Source: an uncultured Candidatus Binatia bacterium (GTDB taxonomy: Bacteria > Desulfobacterota > Binatia > Binatales > Binataceae). From it: a stretch of DNA of 64,000 nt. Where the stretch lies: assembly GCA_964429575.1 (NCBI GenBank), contig CAYSCX010000013.1:588-64587 (forward strand), given 5' to 3'. The notes beneath the pieces are model-generated. The model was not told the DNA's origin. It saw only the letters and a program-made list of their open reading frames with translations, and searched no databases. Each line of letters opens with the position of its first letter. The first letter of the stretch is position 1. A program made the translations under genes and the position numbers. Shown piece by piece: positions 29,229 through 39,168 of the stretch.

Positions 29229-30689
29229 ATGTCAGTATTCAAGCGAAATCGTTGGGCGGTCACCCTTTCGATCTTCCTCATCACCTCATTCCTGGTGCTC
29301 GAGGAAGTCGCGGTGCGCCGTGCGCAGGCGCTGCCGAATGAGACTTACGAGCAACTCGAGACCTTCGCGAACGTGCTGGCGATCGTCCAGAAAAACTACG
29401 TCGAACCTGTCTCGACCAAGCAGCTCATCGACGGCGCCATCACCGGCATGCTCACCTCGCTCGACCCGCACAGCGCCTACCTGACGCCGGATCTCTACCG
29501 CGATCTCGAGGTTGAGACGCGCGGCAGCTTCGGCGGCCTCGGCATCGAAATAACGATCAAGAACAACGTGCTTACGGTGGTCGCGCCGATCGATGATACC
29601 CCCGCATATCACGCGGGCGTGAAGGCGGGCGACCAGATCATCAAGATCAACGACGATTTCACCAAGGACATGACCCTGAGCGACGCCGTCAAGCGGATGC
29701 GCGGTCCCAAGGGCAGCACCGTGAAGCTGACGCTCCATCGGCAGGGCGTGGCGGAATTGTTCACGGTGCCGCTCGAGCGTGACGTGATCAAAATCCGCTC
29801 GGTGAAGGCCAAGGAAATCGACAATGGCTACGGCTACGTCAGGATCTCCACCTTCCAGGAAAGCACCGACGACTCGGTCCACGCGGCGGTGGAGGAGTTC
29901 AAAAAGAAGCACAATGGGCACGTGAAGGGTCTCGTGCTCGATCTGCGCGATAATCCCGGCGGACTTCTGAACCAGGCGGTGAAGGTCGCCGATGAGTTCC
30001 TCGACGGCGGCATGATCGTCTATACGCAGGGCCGCCAGGAGAACCAGCACCAGAAGTACTTCTCGCACAAGAAGAAGGACTTCCAGGACTATCCGATGGT
30101 CGTTCTGGTAAACGCGGGCAGCGCGAGCGCCAGTGAGATCGTCGCGGGGGCGCTCCAGGACCAGCGCCGCGCGGTCGTGGTTGGAACGCAGACTTTCGGA
30201 AAGGGATCCGTGCAGACGATTCTGCCGCTCGATGATCGATCGGCGCTGCGGCTCACCACCGCGCGCTACTTCACGCCCAATGGCCGCTCGATCCAGGCGG
30301 TCGGAATCGGTCCTGACGTTGACATCGAACCGCCCAAGCCGACCATTGCGTCGCTCAATCTGCCCGGCCGCGCCACCATCGAAATCAACCCCGAAATTCA
30401 CGAGGCTGACCTGCTGCGTCATTTCAAGAATGGACAGGACGAGCAGCAGCGCGAGCGAAAAAAGAAAGACGGCGGCGTCAACGGCGCAGGCGCTCAGAAT
30501 GACGCCAGCTCAAAGCAGGACGCCGCCGCGTCCGACGCCGCCAAAGCGGTAGTGCCCGAGAAGGATGTCCAGCTGGAGAAGGCGGTGGAAGTTCTGCGCA
30601 AGTGGAACACCTACAAAGTCCAACTCGCAAAGACGGACACGGCGCTGGCGGTACCGTCCGCCAAGGCGACCACGACGACAGCCCAGTAA
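29229..30689 (+). CDS. ctpA: Carboxy-terminal processing protease (S41 family) with a PDZ domain. It starts at the internal ATG (MSVFKRNRW…), not the 29037 start in the track.
   Basis: A signal peptide, a PDZ domain (GIEITIKNNVLTVVAPIDDTPAYHAGVKAGDQIIKIND) and the S41 catalytic region (GSASASEIVAGALQD) are present. The track's 29037 start would overlap the redoxin gene. Confidence 0.85.
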   Translation: MSVFKRNRWAVTLSIFLITSFLVLEEVAVRRAQALPNETYEQLETFANVLAIVQKNYVEPVSTKQLIDGAITGMLTSLDPHSAYLTPDLYRDLEVETRGSFGGLGIEITIKNNVLTVVAPIDDTPAYHAGVKAGDQIIKINDDFTKDMTLSDAVKRMRGPKGSTVKLTLHRQGVAELFTVPLERDVIKIRSVKAKEIDNGYGYVRISTFQESTDDSVHAAVEEFKKKHNGHVKGLVLDLRDNPGGLLNQAVKVADEFLDGGMIVYTQGRQENQHQKYFSHKKKDFQDYPMVVLVNAGSASASEIVAGALQDQRRAVVVGTQTFGKGSVQTILPLDDRSALRLTTARYFTPNGRSIQAVGIGPDVDIEPPKPTIASLNLPGRATIEINPEIHEADLLRHFKNGQDEQQRERKKKDGGVNGAGAQNDASSKQDAAASDAAKAVVPEKDVQLEKAVEVLRKWNTYKVQLAKTDTALAVPSAKATTTTAQ

Positions 30690-30703
30690 GGTCGTGATCC
30701 AGA

Positions 30704-30752
30704 GCGCCCGGTCACCTCGCGCCTACCGCGGGGCTGGCCGGGCGCTTTTATT
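30704..30752 (+). terminator. Rho-independent terminator after ctpA: a GCGCCCGG…CCGGGCGC stem followed by TTTTATT.
   Basis: The sequence was read directly. An 8-bp GC stem encloses a structured loop, and a T-tract follows at 30746-30752. Confidence 0.55.
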
Positions 30753-30817
30753 CGCGCTAGACCGCGGATCGATCTCGCGATCGCCGCCTCCGCGCTCCAA
30801 ACGGAGGCCGACTTTGT

Positions 30818-31507
30818 ATGCCTGAGTCAGTGCGCACTCTTCTGATTGTCGGCGCCGACGCGCGCGGGGGAAAAACGCTGGTTGGATGCGCGCTCGGCTT
30901 CGCGCTCCACGCGCGCGGAATGAAGGTCGGGGTGATGATGCCAGTGGAGCTGGGATGCGCAGAGCGGGGCGGTGTACTCGAACCGGCCGACGCACTCGGG
31001 CTGGCGCGCACGTCGGCATGCGATCTGCCGCTCGGACTCATCGCGCCGTATCGTTACCGCTCGCGCGCGCTCAGCATTCCCGCCGCAGCGGATGACGACG
31101 CATCGCCGGCGCCTGACTTCACGCGAATCGTAGAAGCGTTTGCGCGCATCAAGGCGCAATCCGACGCCGTCATCGTCGAGGCGCCCGGCGGACTCGCCGA
31201 TCCGCTGAACTCGACCTGCGACGTGAGCGACCTCGCGATGCGATGCGGTCTGGAACTGATCGTCGTCGTGGCGAACCGGCCGGGCTGCGTTAACGCGACG
31301 CTCCTGACGCTCGCATACGCGGCGAGCCGCCGGCTTGAGGTCGCGGGTTACATCGTCAACGACGCCGAGCCTGCGGGCGAGCGCGATGCGGTCGCTACCG
31401 CCGCGATGCTGACGCGGGTCACCAGCGCGCGCTGTCTGGGCGCGATTCGATATCGCGAGCCCATGGGCCTGGCGATCGTTGATACGCTGCTTGGGAAAGC
31501 GCGCTAG
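30818..31507 (+). CDS. bioD: Dethiobiotin synthetase homologue (BioD-like) with a degenerate P-loop.
   Basis: It aligns with E. coli BioD (VEAPGGLADPL, and GYIVNDAEP corresponding to GWVANDVTP). The P-loop reads GADARGGKT rather than GTDTEVGKT. No other bio genes are nearby. Confidence 0.7.
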   Translation: MPESVRTLLIVGADARGGKTLVGCALGFALHARGMKVGVMMPVELGCAERGGVLEPADALGLARTSACDLPLGLIAPYRYRSRALSIPAAADDDASPAPDFTRIVEAFARIKAQSDAVIVEAPGGLADPLNSTCDVSDLAMRCGLELIVVVANRPGCVNATLLTLAYAASRRLEVAGYIVNDAEPAGERDAVATAAMLTRVTSARCLGAIRYREPMGLAIVDTLLGKAR

Positions 31508-31542
31508 GTGAAGCGCCGGGCCATCTGGTAATTTGGGGGCGG

Positions 31543-32898
31543 ATGGAAGAGCAGCTCGATCTGACGCTCGCACAAGGGCCGACCGGCGCGCTCACGGTTA
31601 CGCAACTAGTGCGCCTGGTACGCGAGACGCTCGAGCGCGACGTCGGCGAGCACTGGGTGATTGGCGAAATTTCGAACGCGCGTCTCGCGCCATCAAATCA
31701 TTTTTACTTCACGCTCAAGGATGCCGATGGCGCGATAAACGTCGTGATGTTTCGTTCTGCGCACTCGCGGCTGCGCTTCAAGCCCCAGGACGGCATGGAA
31801 GTCGTCGTGCGCGGGCGTGTCAGCGTTTACGAAACGCGCGGCGCACTGCAATTGTACGCCGACGAGATTGAACCGCGCGGCGCCGGCGCCCTTCAGGTTG
31901 CGTTCGAGCAGCTGAAAATGCGCCTCGAGGCCGAAGGGTTGTTCGACACGGCGCGCAAGCGAGCACTGCCCTTTCTTCCACGAACCGTCGGCGTGGTCAC
32001 CGCGCGGCGCGGCGCGGGTCTGCGCGACGTGCTTCGCGTGCTACTGGACCGTTTCCCGAACCTTCACGTGATCATCAGACCCGCGAAAGTGCAGGGCATC
32101 GGCGCCGCGGCGGAAATTGCACAGGCGATCGAAGATTTAAATCGCGATGCGCGCGCGGAAGTGATCATCGTCGGTCGCGGCGGGGGGTCGCTCGAAGATT
32201 TGTGGGCGTTCAACGAGGAGCCCGTCGCACGCGCGATTTACCGATCGCGGATCCCGGTCGTGTCCGCAGTGGGACACGAGGTCGATTATACAATCGCGGA
32301 TTTCGTCGCCGATTTGCGCGCGCCGACGCCGACCGCGGCAGCGCATATCATCGTTCCGTCCCGGGACGAGCTTCACCTGCGCATCGAGAACCTTCGCACC
32401 TCTCTGGCTCTGGGAGCCGAACGTGAACTAGATGGATGGCGTGAGACGGTCGGACACCTTGCACAGCGGGTACGACATCCGAAGAGTCTGATCGACGGGG
32501 CGCGGCAGCGCGTCGATGATGCAGCGGCCACGCTCAGTGATGTCATGGCCGCGCGCATCGCCGGCGTGCGGACCACGCTCCGCGAGCTTGGGTTGACAAT
32601 GAAATCACCCGCGCCGGCCGTCCGAGAGATGAAAATGACGCTCGTGCATCTGGCCGCCACCCTTGGCGCGCGGGGGCTTGCAGCGGTCGAACAGCGGCGC
32701 AAGCGGTTCGCGGAGCTCGGGGCGCGGCTCGATTCGCTCTCTCCGCTCAAGGTGCTTGAACGTGGCTACGCGGTAGTGCTCAACGCGCGCGAGCGCCGCG
32801 CGGTGGTCGATGCGTCCACAGTCGAAGTGGGAGATGAGCTTGACGTGCGGCTCCATCGCGGGCGGCTGAAGGCGCGTACCATCGCGCGCGAGGTCTGA
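31543..32898 (+). CDS. xseA: Exodeoxyribonuclease VII large subunit.
   Basis: It has an OB-fold N-terminus (HWVIGEISNARLAPSNHFYFTLKD) and the XseA catalytic domain. Confidence 0.9.
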   Translation: MEEQLDLTLAQGPTGALTVTQLVRLVRETLERDVGEHWVIGEISNARLAPSNHFYFTLKDADGAINVVMFRSAHSRLRFKPQDGMEVVVRGRVSVYETRGALQLYADEIEPRGAGALQVAFEQLKMRLEAEGLFDTARKRALPFLPRTVGVVTARRGAGLRDVLRVLLDRFPNLHVIIRPAKVQGIGAAAEIAQAIEDLNRDARAEVIIVGRGGGSLEDLWAFNEEPVARAIYRSRIPVVSAVGHEVDYTIADFVADLRAPTPTAAAHIIVPSRDELHLRIENLRTSLALGAERELDGWRETVGHLAQRVRHPKSLIDGARQRVDDAAATLSDVMAARIAGVRTTLRELGLTMKSPAPAVREMKMTLVHLAATLGARGLAAVEQRRKRFAELGARLDSLSPLKVLERGYAVVLNARERRAVVDASTVEVGDELDVRLHRGRLKARTIAREV

Positions 32899-32903
32899 GG
32901 TTC

Positions 32904-33167
32904 ATGGCAGCCAAGGCCAGGAAGTTCGAAGACGAACTCAAAGACCTCGAAGCGATCGTGGGCCAGATCGATGGCGGCGAACTGACGCTCGAGGATTCGA
33001 TCGCTGCGTTCGAGCGCGGGGTCGCGCTGGTCCGGGCGCTCACCAAGCGGCTCGACGAGGTCGAGCGCAAGGTCGAACTTCTCAGCCGCGATGCCGGCGG
33101 CAAGCTCAAGACCGAGCCGCTCGACGACGAATCCGACGACAAGGACAGCCGCGGCGGCGACGATTAG
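32904..33167 (+). CDS. xseB: Exodeoxyribonuclease VII small subunit.
   Basis: The 87-aa protein contains FEDELKDLEAIVGQIDGGELTLEDSIAAFERG, as in XseB, and lies immediately after xseA. Confidence 0.9.
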   Translation: MAAKARKFEDELKDLEAIVGQIDGGELTLEDSIAAFERGVALVRALTKRLDEVERKVELLSRDAGGKLKTEPLDDESDDKDSRGGDD

Positions 33168-33200
33168 CCGGCGCCTCGCGCGAGCGCGACCCGAAATTTC

Positions 33201-33941
33201 ATGCGAGCGCGGTTGGATGCCGAAATGGCGCGCCGCGGGCTGGCGGAAAGCCGCCAGAGCGCCCAGAGGCTCATCATGGCCGGACGCGTGCGGGTCAATT
33301 CGCGCCCCGCGAACAAGGCGGATCTCAAAGTCGATAGCGACGCCGAGATTGAGCTGGTCGGCGCGCCTTCCGAGTTCGCAAGCCGCGGCGCATACAAGCT
33401 AATCGCAGCGCTCGACCAGTTTGACATCGATGTCGCGGGCGCGCGTGCGCTCGACGTGGGCGCATCCACCGGCGGCTTCACAGACGTGTTGCTGCGCCGC
33501 GGTGCAGCGAGCGTCATCGCGCTCGATGTCGGCTACGGGCAACTCGATGACAAGCTTCGCCGCGACTCGCGGGTGACCGTGATCGATCGCACCAACATCC
33601 GTCACGTTGCCTCCAAGGACTTGCCGTATCGCCCGAACTTCGTCGTCATCGACACCAGTTTCATTTCCCTTAGGCTGGTGCTTCCCGCCGTGTTGAAACT
33701 CATCGACGAACCCGCGCAGATCGTCGCGCTCATCAAGCCGCAGTTCGAAGTCGGCAAGGGCAAAGTCGGCAGCGGCGGTATCGTGCGCGACGCCGCTCTT
33801 CGCGCCGAGGCTGTCGATGGCGTCGTTGAATTTGCTCGCGGCCTGGGTCTCGACGTCATCGGCACGCTCGAGTCGCCGATAACCGGCGCCGCGGGAAACG
33901 TCGAGTATCTCGCCTACCTACGGACGCGCCGGATAAATTGA
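33201..33941 (+). CDS. tlyA: TlyA-family rRNA 2'-O-methyltransferase (S4 + FtsJ domains).
   Basis: It has an S4 RNA-binding N-terminus and a SAM motif (LDVGASTGGFTDVLL). Confidence 0.85.
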   Translation: MRARLDAEMARRGLAESRQSAQRLIMAGRVRVNSRPANKADLKVDSDAEIELVGAPSEFASRGAYKLIAALDQFDIDVAGARALDVGASTGGFTDVLLRRGAASVIALDVGYGQLDDKLRRDSRVTVIDRTNIRHVASKDLPYRPNFVVIDTSFISLRLVLPAVLKLIDEPAQIVALIKPQFEVGKGKVGSGGIVRDAALRAEAVDGVVEFARGLGLDVIGTLESPITGAAGNVEYLAYLRTRRIN

Positions 33942-34915
33942 TGGCGCGTCCCTACTACATCGGCGTTGACATGGGCGGCACCAACATCCGCTGTGCCGCC
34001 GTATCGGCGCAGGGACGCGTGCTGATGATGAAGCGCGCGCCGGCGAATGCGCACGCGGCGGCGGACGCCGTAACCGCGAACATCGTGGCGCGCGTGGCGG
34101 AGCTCGAACGCGCCGCAGGTGAGCGCGGATGGGGACGCGCTCGCGCGATCGGAGTCGCGGTGCCGGGACCACTGGACCTGCGCACCGGTGTCGTGCTCGC
34201 CGCTCCGCACGTCGCGGCGTGGAGGTCGTTTCCGTTGAAACGGCGGCTCGAGGGCCGGCTCGGACCGCGCGTCGTTCTCGAAAACGACGCGAACGCATGG
34301 GCGCTCGGCGAGTTCTGGCGCGGCGCCGCGCGCGGCCGTCGCGACGTGGTGCTCATTACGCTCGGCACCGGCGTGGGCGGCGGGCTGATCGTGAACGGTC
34401 ACATAGTGCACGGCCGTCGCGGCGGCGCGGGAGAGCTGGGGCACATGACCGTCAATCCTGACGGTCCTCGCTGCGACTGCGGATCGCACGGGTGTCTCGA
34501 GTCTTACGCATCCGCTTCGGGTCTGCGCACGCTGGTCGTTTCGCGGCTCCGCAAGAGACCCGCGAAGTTGCCGCGCAAGTACCTCGACGACGGCGGCGAC
34601 TTCTCGGTCAGGCGGCTGTACCGCTCGGCGCGCGCGGGCGACCCGGTCGCGCGCTGGGCATTTTCGACCGCAGGACGGTATCTCGGGGTTGCGATCGCGT
34701 CACTTCTTAACATCTTCAATCCGGAATTGGTGGTGCTGGGCGGCGGCGTGTCAGGTGCTTTGGCATTCATGCGTGCGCCAATGATGGCCGAGGTCCGCGC
34801 ACGGTCGTTCTCGGCAGTCGCGGCACAATGCCGAATCGTGCGCGCCGGGCTGGGCCGCGAGGCGGGCGTTGTGGGCGCCGCATACGCTGCAATGCACTCG
34901 CGCCGAAGCTCCTGA
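33938..34915 (+). CDS. ROK-family sugar kinase (glucokinase-like).
   Basis: It has an N-terminal actin-fold motif (YIGVDMGGTNIRCA) and the ROK Zn motif (…GHMTVNPDGPRCDCGSHGCLE…). Confidence 0.8.
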   Translation: MMARPYYIGVDMGGTNIRCAAVSAQGRVLMMKRAPANAHAAADAVTANIVARVAELERAAGERGWGRARAIGVAVPGPLDLRTGVVLAAPHVAAWRSFPLKRRLEGRLGPRVVLENDANAWALGEFWRGAARGRRDVVLITLGTGVGGGLIVNGHIVHGRRGGAGELGHMTVNPDGPRCDCGSHGCLESYASASGLRTLVVSRLRKRPAKLPRKYLDDGGDFSVRRLYRSARAGDPVARWAFSTAGRYLGVAIASLLNIFNPELVVLGGGVSGALAFMRAPMMAEVRARSFSAVAAQCRIVRAGLGREAGVVGAAYAAMHSRRSS

Positions 34916-34986
34916 GGTCACACGGAGCGAGCTTCAGCTTGCATCGCGCTGCCATTGGAATACCCTGTTATTCCGCGCCGGTAACG

Positions 34987-36027
34987 GTGCCGATGATCAT
35001 CGCGCCACCAACATTCCAGCGGCTCCAAATCGTTGCGGTGGTGCTGGGTGTGACGCTCGCATCTGGCCCGGTTCTCGCGCAATCTTCGCGGCTAAGCGAG
35101 ACGACGATTCCGCCGTCGGGCGCCGCAACCATCCTGCGCGATCCACCGCGCGCCGCGCCGGCCGCATCATCACCGCCGATCGCGCGTCCGCCTGTCACAA
35201 CCGTCACGGCGCCGACCGTGCCGGCAACGACCGTCGCGACAGCTCCTGCCGCGGCGGCGCAACTGCGCCCGCCGATTCAAAAGACGAATTACTTTCCCTA
35301 CTTGGTGAAGCCGGGCGACTCCTTGAGCGGGCTCGCTATCAGGTTTGACATCCCGCACGATGAACTCGCGAAGGTTAACCGACTGCCCCCCGACGCACAG
35401 CTCATCGAGGGCACGACGCTCCGCATCCCCAATCCCTTTGCCGCGCAGGTGAAGTCGCTCACCGCGCAAGTGCAGCAGTTGAGTGCCGCGGTTTCGGGCG
35501 CCGAGAACCAGGCGCGCGAGGCGGAAAGCCGGCTCCGCACGTCACGTGTGGAGTCGCAGCACGCGTTGTTGGAGGTGCAGGCGCTGCGCCAAGGCGCGGA
35601 AACGCTGCCTTGGTGGCGCGCCGCGGCGCTCGGCTTGGGTGCGGTGGCGATCCTGATGTTCGGTGTGATGGCGGTGACCCTCTTCGAGTGGTGGCGGATG
35701 CGCCGGCGCTTCGTCGTGCTCGCCGAGATGGCGGAGACGCTTGGGCGGCTCGATCAGAAGTACAAGGCGATGCTCGCGAAGGCCGAGCTTCGCCTGCAGC
35801 AACTATACGGTCGGCGGCGTCAGGGGATGACCGAGGGGCAGCCGCGCCCGAAGTTGCAAGAGGAAGTCGAGATCGAGCGCCTCAATGTGGAACTGAAGGA
35901 AGTCCTCGCGCATCACCTCGAGCGCCTCGGTCCGCGCTCCGAGCGCAAACGCGGGCGCGGTCGCATCCGCGATATCGTCGGCGACGTCGAATCGCCGGTC
36001 GATGCGCGCACCACCGCGCGCCGCTAA
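34987..36027 (+). CDS. LysM-domain membrane protein. Domain order: signal peptide, Pro/Ala/Thr linker, LysM, coiled coil, TM helix, cytoplasmic coiled coil.
   Basis: The LysM domain is YLVKPGDSLSGLAIRFDIPHDELAKVNRLPPDAQLIEGTTLRIP and the TM helix is WWRAAALGLGAVAILMFGVMAVTLFEWW. The start is probably GTG or ATG at 34987/34993. The track's 34828 start would overlap the ROK gene. Confidence 0.7.
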   Translation: MPMIIAPPTFQRLQIVAVVLGVTLASGPVLAQSSRLSETTIPPSGAATILRDPPRAAPAASSPPIARPPVTTVTAPTVPATTVATAPAAAAQLRPPIQKTNYFPYLVKPGDSLSGLAIRFDIPHDELAKVNRLPPDAQLIEGTTLRIPNPFAAQVKSLTAQVQQLSAAVSGAENQAREAESRLRTSRVESQHALLEVQALRQGAETLPWWRAAALGLGAVAILMFGVMAVTLFEWWRMRRRFVVLAEMAETLGRLDQKYKAMLAKAELRLQQLYGRRRQGMTEGQPRPKLQEEVEIERLNVELKEVLAHHLERLGPRSERKRGRGRIRDIVGDVESPVDARTTARR

Positions 36028-36132
36028 TCGACGTCCAATCACCCGACTTCACCAATTCGCCTGCGCCGCGATATGCTCGGCTTCGCGCTGCGGATTGATT
36101 GATGCCAGTCAGTGCTCTGGGAGGAATCGCGC

Positions 36133-36954
36133 ATGGCATATGAGAACATTCTGGTTGATGTGAAGGATGGCGTCGCGAAGATCACGCTCAACCGCCCCGA
36201 GAAACTCAATGCGTTCAACCTCGGTATGGGCGCGGAGTTAACTGCGTCGTTTGCTGAGTTCAATGACAATGACGACGTGCGCGTCATCGTCGTCACCGGC
36301 GCGGGACGCGCCTTTTGCGCAGGCGCAGATCTGTCCACCGGCGGCAAGACCTTCGATCGCACCGAGCGGCCCCGCCCGGAGCCGCCGCGCAATTTCGTGC
36401 GTCCTTGGAACATCAAGAAGCCGATCATCGCCGCTATCAACGGTCCGGCGGTGGGCGTCGGCATCACGCTGCCGATGCAATGGGACATTCGGGTCGCAGC
36501 CGAGAGCGCGCGCATCGGGTTTGTGTTCGTGCGGCGCGGCGTGGTTCCGGAGGCGCTCAGCACCTGGACGATGCCGCGAATGATTGGTCTCGCGCGAGCG
36601 AATGAATTGTTGCTGACGGGGAGAATTATCAGCGCGCGAGAGGCGCTTGAGTTCGGTATCGTGAGCCACGTGTGGCCCGACAACGAATTCATGGCCAAAA
36701 CAATGGAAATGGCGCGCGACATAGCCGAAAACACCGCGCCTGTATCGGTCGCAATCACCAAACGGCTCATCTACGGACTGCTTGCGGAGCCAGAGGCCGA
36801 GAAGGCGAGTCAGGTGGACAGCCGCGCGTTCGTGTGGGCGGGCAAACAGCCCGATGCGTACGAGGGCGTCACCTCGTTTCTCGAAAAGCGCAAGCCCAAT
36901 TGGAAAATGAAGCCGTCGAAGGACTTCCCCGACTTCCTGCCGCCGGTGAAGTGA
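36133..36954 (+). CDS. Enoyl-CoA hydratase/isomerase (crotonase) family protein.
   Basis: The crotonase fold is visible (…VIVVTGAGRAFCAGADL…GPAVGVGITL…). Confidence 0.8.
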   Translation: MAYENILVDVKDGVAKITLNRPEKLNAFNLGMGAELTASFAEFNDNDDVRVIVVTGAGRAFCAGADLSTGGKTFDRTERPRPEPPRNFVRPWNIKKPIIAAINGPAVGVGITLPMQWDIRVAAESARIGFVFVRRGVVPEALSTWTMPRMIGLARANELLLTGRIISAREALEFGIVSHVWPDNEFMAKTMEMARDIAENTAPVSVAITKRLIYGLLAEPEAEKASQVDSRAFVWAGKQPDAYEGVTSFLEKRKPNWKMKPSKDFPDFLPPVK

Positions 36955-36970
36955 AGTGGCGCGGACGCGC

Positions 36971-38332
36971 TTACGATGCCGCGGTGCCGGCCGCCGTCGC
37001 GGCGCGCACCGCAATGCGATCTCGCATCTGGCGGTGGCTCTCGCGCGTGATCGGGTAGCGCGTGAAAACTATCGCGCTCGTCAGGTAGATTGCAGCCGGC
37101 GCTATCGAAAAAAGCCGGCGCAGATTCTCAGTTGCGTCGGGCGAGAGATCGGCGGCGCCCGGCACATAGCCGACCATGGTCATCAGCGGGCCGACCAATA
37201 GCAGAATTACCGCGACTGCAATCTTTAGTGACATCGACGTGATGCCCGCGTACGCGCCCTCCTGGCGCCGTCCCGTGCGCTCTTCGTCCCACTCGATCAC
37301 GTCCGCCGCCGCCGACATCTGCGTAACCCAGATTCCGATGGTGGCGAAGCCGCTCAAAAACATTAACGCGAAGAAAAGGTAGGTGTTGCCGGGGCTCAGC
37401 GCCATGAACAGCAGCGAGGTGAGCGCGTTGGCCAATATCGCGGCCACGAACGCGGGTTTCTTTTCGATGCTCATCGTAATGCGGAACCAGAACGGATATG
37501 AAACGACTCCGCCGGCGAAATATGCGATCAGCCAACGCGCCGCCGCATTGCCGTCGTGCACCCAGTACTTCGCGAGAAAACGCAGCAGCACCGTCGGCAC
37601 CTGGATCGCCATGACCGCCAGCGTGGTCGAGATCAGCAAGATGACGAACGGACGGTTGCGCATCGCCGACTTGATGGATTCGGTCAGGGAATAGCGCTCT
37701 CGCGTCGCGAACTCGGGACGTTCGCGCACTCCCGAGTAAACGCCCAGCGCTCCGCCCGCGACCACGACTGCGCAAATCGCGCCTGCGACGCGGAAGTCGG
37801 TGCCGCGCGCGAAAAAGTACGCGGTCGCGAACGGCAGCAGCGCGCCCGATATGTCGCCGACGGTTGCGCACAATTGCCGATAGGTCGCCAGGCGCGTGCG
37901 CTCGTCGTAGTCGAGCGTGATCTCGGGCATCAATGCACTGTACGCGGTCTCGTATAGTTTTCGCGCGGAGAGCTGGAGAAAGTAGAAAACCAGGAACCAC
38001 GCGAACAGGCCGGTCTTGAGATCGGGTGGCGAGAGCAGCAGGAAATAGCAGAGCGCCATCGGAATCGCCGCCAGGAAAAACGGACGTCTCCGCCCGGACC
38101 GGAACCGCGCGCGGTCCGACCGATTGCCGACCCACGGGTCGGTCAACGCGTCGAACATCAGCGCGATGAAGAACGCAAGACCTGCCAGGGTTGGAGACAG
38201 TCCCTTCTGGTCGCTATAGAAGAAGAGCAGATGCAGCCCGGCCAGCGTGACGCAAAGATTGAGACCGGTCTGGCCTTGCGCATAGACGAGTAGGCTCTTA
38301 AGCCCTATCTTCTCACTTGTGTCTGTCGCCAC
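36971..38332 (-). CDS. MFS transporter of the GPH (glycoside-pentoside-hexuronide:cation symporter, MelB-like) family.
   Basis: It has 12 TM helices and the GPH signature (…FFIALMFDALTDPWVGNRSDR…RRRPF). Confidence 0.85.
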   Translation of the reverse strand: MATDTSEKIGLKSLLVYAQGQTGLNLCVTLAGLHLLFFYSDQKGLSPTLAGLAFFIALMFDALTDPWVGNRSDRARFRSGRRRPFFLAAIPMALCYFLLLSPPDLKTGLFAWFLVFYFLQLSARKLYETAYSALMPEITLDYDERTRLATYRQLCATVGDISGALLPFATAYFFARGTDFRVAGAICAVVVAGGALGVYSGVRERPEFATRERYSLTESIKSAMRNRPFVILLISTTLAVMAIQVPTVLLRFLAKYWVHDGNAAARWLIAYFAGGVVSYPFWFRITMSIEKKPAFVAAILANALTSLLFMALSPGNTYLFFALMFLSGFATIGIWVTQMSAAADVIEWDEERTGRRQEGAYAGITSMSLKIAVAVILLLVGPLMTMVGYVPGAADLSPDATENLRRLFSIAPAAIYLTSAIVFTRYPITRESHRQMRDRIAVRAATAAGTAAS

Positions 38333-38406
38333 GCGCGGCAGAGAGTAGCCGAGACCCGAAGGGAATCAAAGGAAGACCGTTGAACGCGCCCGTACCAGCG
38401 CTTGCC

Positions 38407-39075
38407 ATGCGTCGTTCCTGCGTCGGAATTGTTGGCAGCGCGCTCGTGATTCTTCCCGTTGCGTTGTTGCTAGTCGCCGCCGTCGCCGGTCGCGCGTTGA
38501 GCGCGGGATACGACCTCGATGCTGACCTGGGCGGCGACGACGATATGCCCGCCGGCGTCAGGGCCGCCATCGAAATCACCTACCGCCGCGCGGGCGACTC
38601 GCTCGAGTTCGCATCGGTGACCAAGTATTTCGGCGCCGAGATCTTGAGCAACCAGCGGCGCGGTACCGGCCACACCACCACCACCGTCAGGTTCGACGGC
38701 GGCATACCGGTCTGGGAACTCCGCGCCGACAAGGGCTTTGGCAGCGGCATCACGAGCATGATCGGTCTCACCAATCATCGGATCGATCGTCTGCGCTACG
38801 GCCAACTCCCGAGCGGCTTCGCACAAATCACCCCCGATTCGGGTCCGCCCGAACCGCTCGAGCGCGGCGGCTTCTACATCTTTGAGGTCAACCGGGAGTT
38901 GGGATCCACGAGCTATCAAGCCGTCAAGGTGCGACTCGATGGCACGCTCGAGGGCTACAATGCACAACCGCGCGCCGGCAGCAGCTTTGAGCTTTGCTGC
39001 GATCTCTCGCCGGACTTCCCGGCGGCGGTATCCTCGCACCGGTCTGCCGACGACAGCTCTCTGACGGGTCCCTGA
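38407..39075 (+). CDS. Secreted or exported hypothetical protein with an N-terminal signal peptide.
   Basis: An internal start (MRRSCVGIVGSALVILPVALLLVAAVAG) gives a signal peptide. I found no recognisable domain. Confidence 0.5.
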   Translation: MRRSCVGIVGSALVILPVALLLVAAVAGRALSAGYDLDADLGGDDDMPAGVRAAIEITYRRAGDSLEFASVTKYFGAEILSNQRRGTGHTTTTVRFDGGIPVWELRADKGFGSGITSMIGLTNHRIDRLRYGQLPSGFAQITPDSGPPEPLERGGFYIFEVNRELGSTSYQAVKVRLDGTLEGYNAQPRAGSSFELCCDLSPDFPAAVSSHRSADDSSLTGP

Positions 39076-39168
39076 CCCGCCAGTTCGCCGCTTCGCGGCA
39101 ACTCACGGTAAACTCGGCGAAAGGATCGAAGCCCACGCCCGGTTCCGCACGCACGCCCGGCTGCTATC

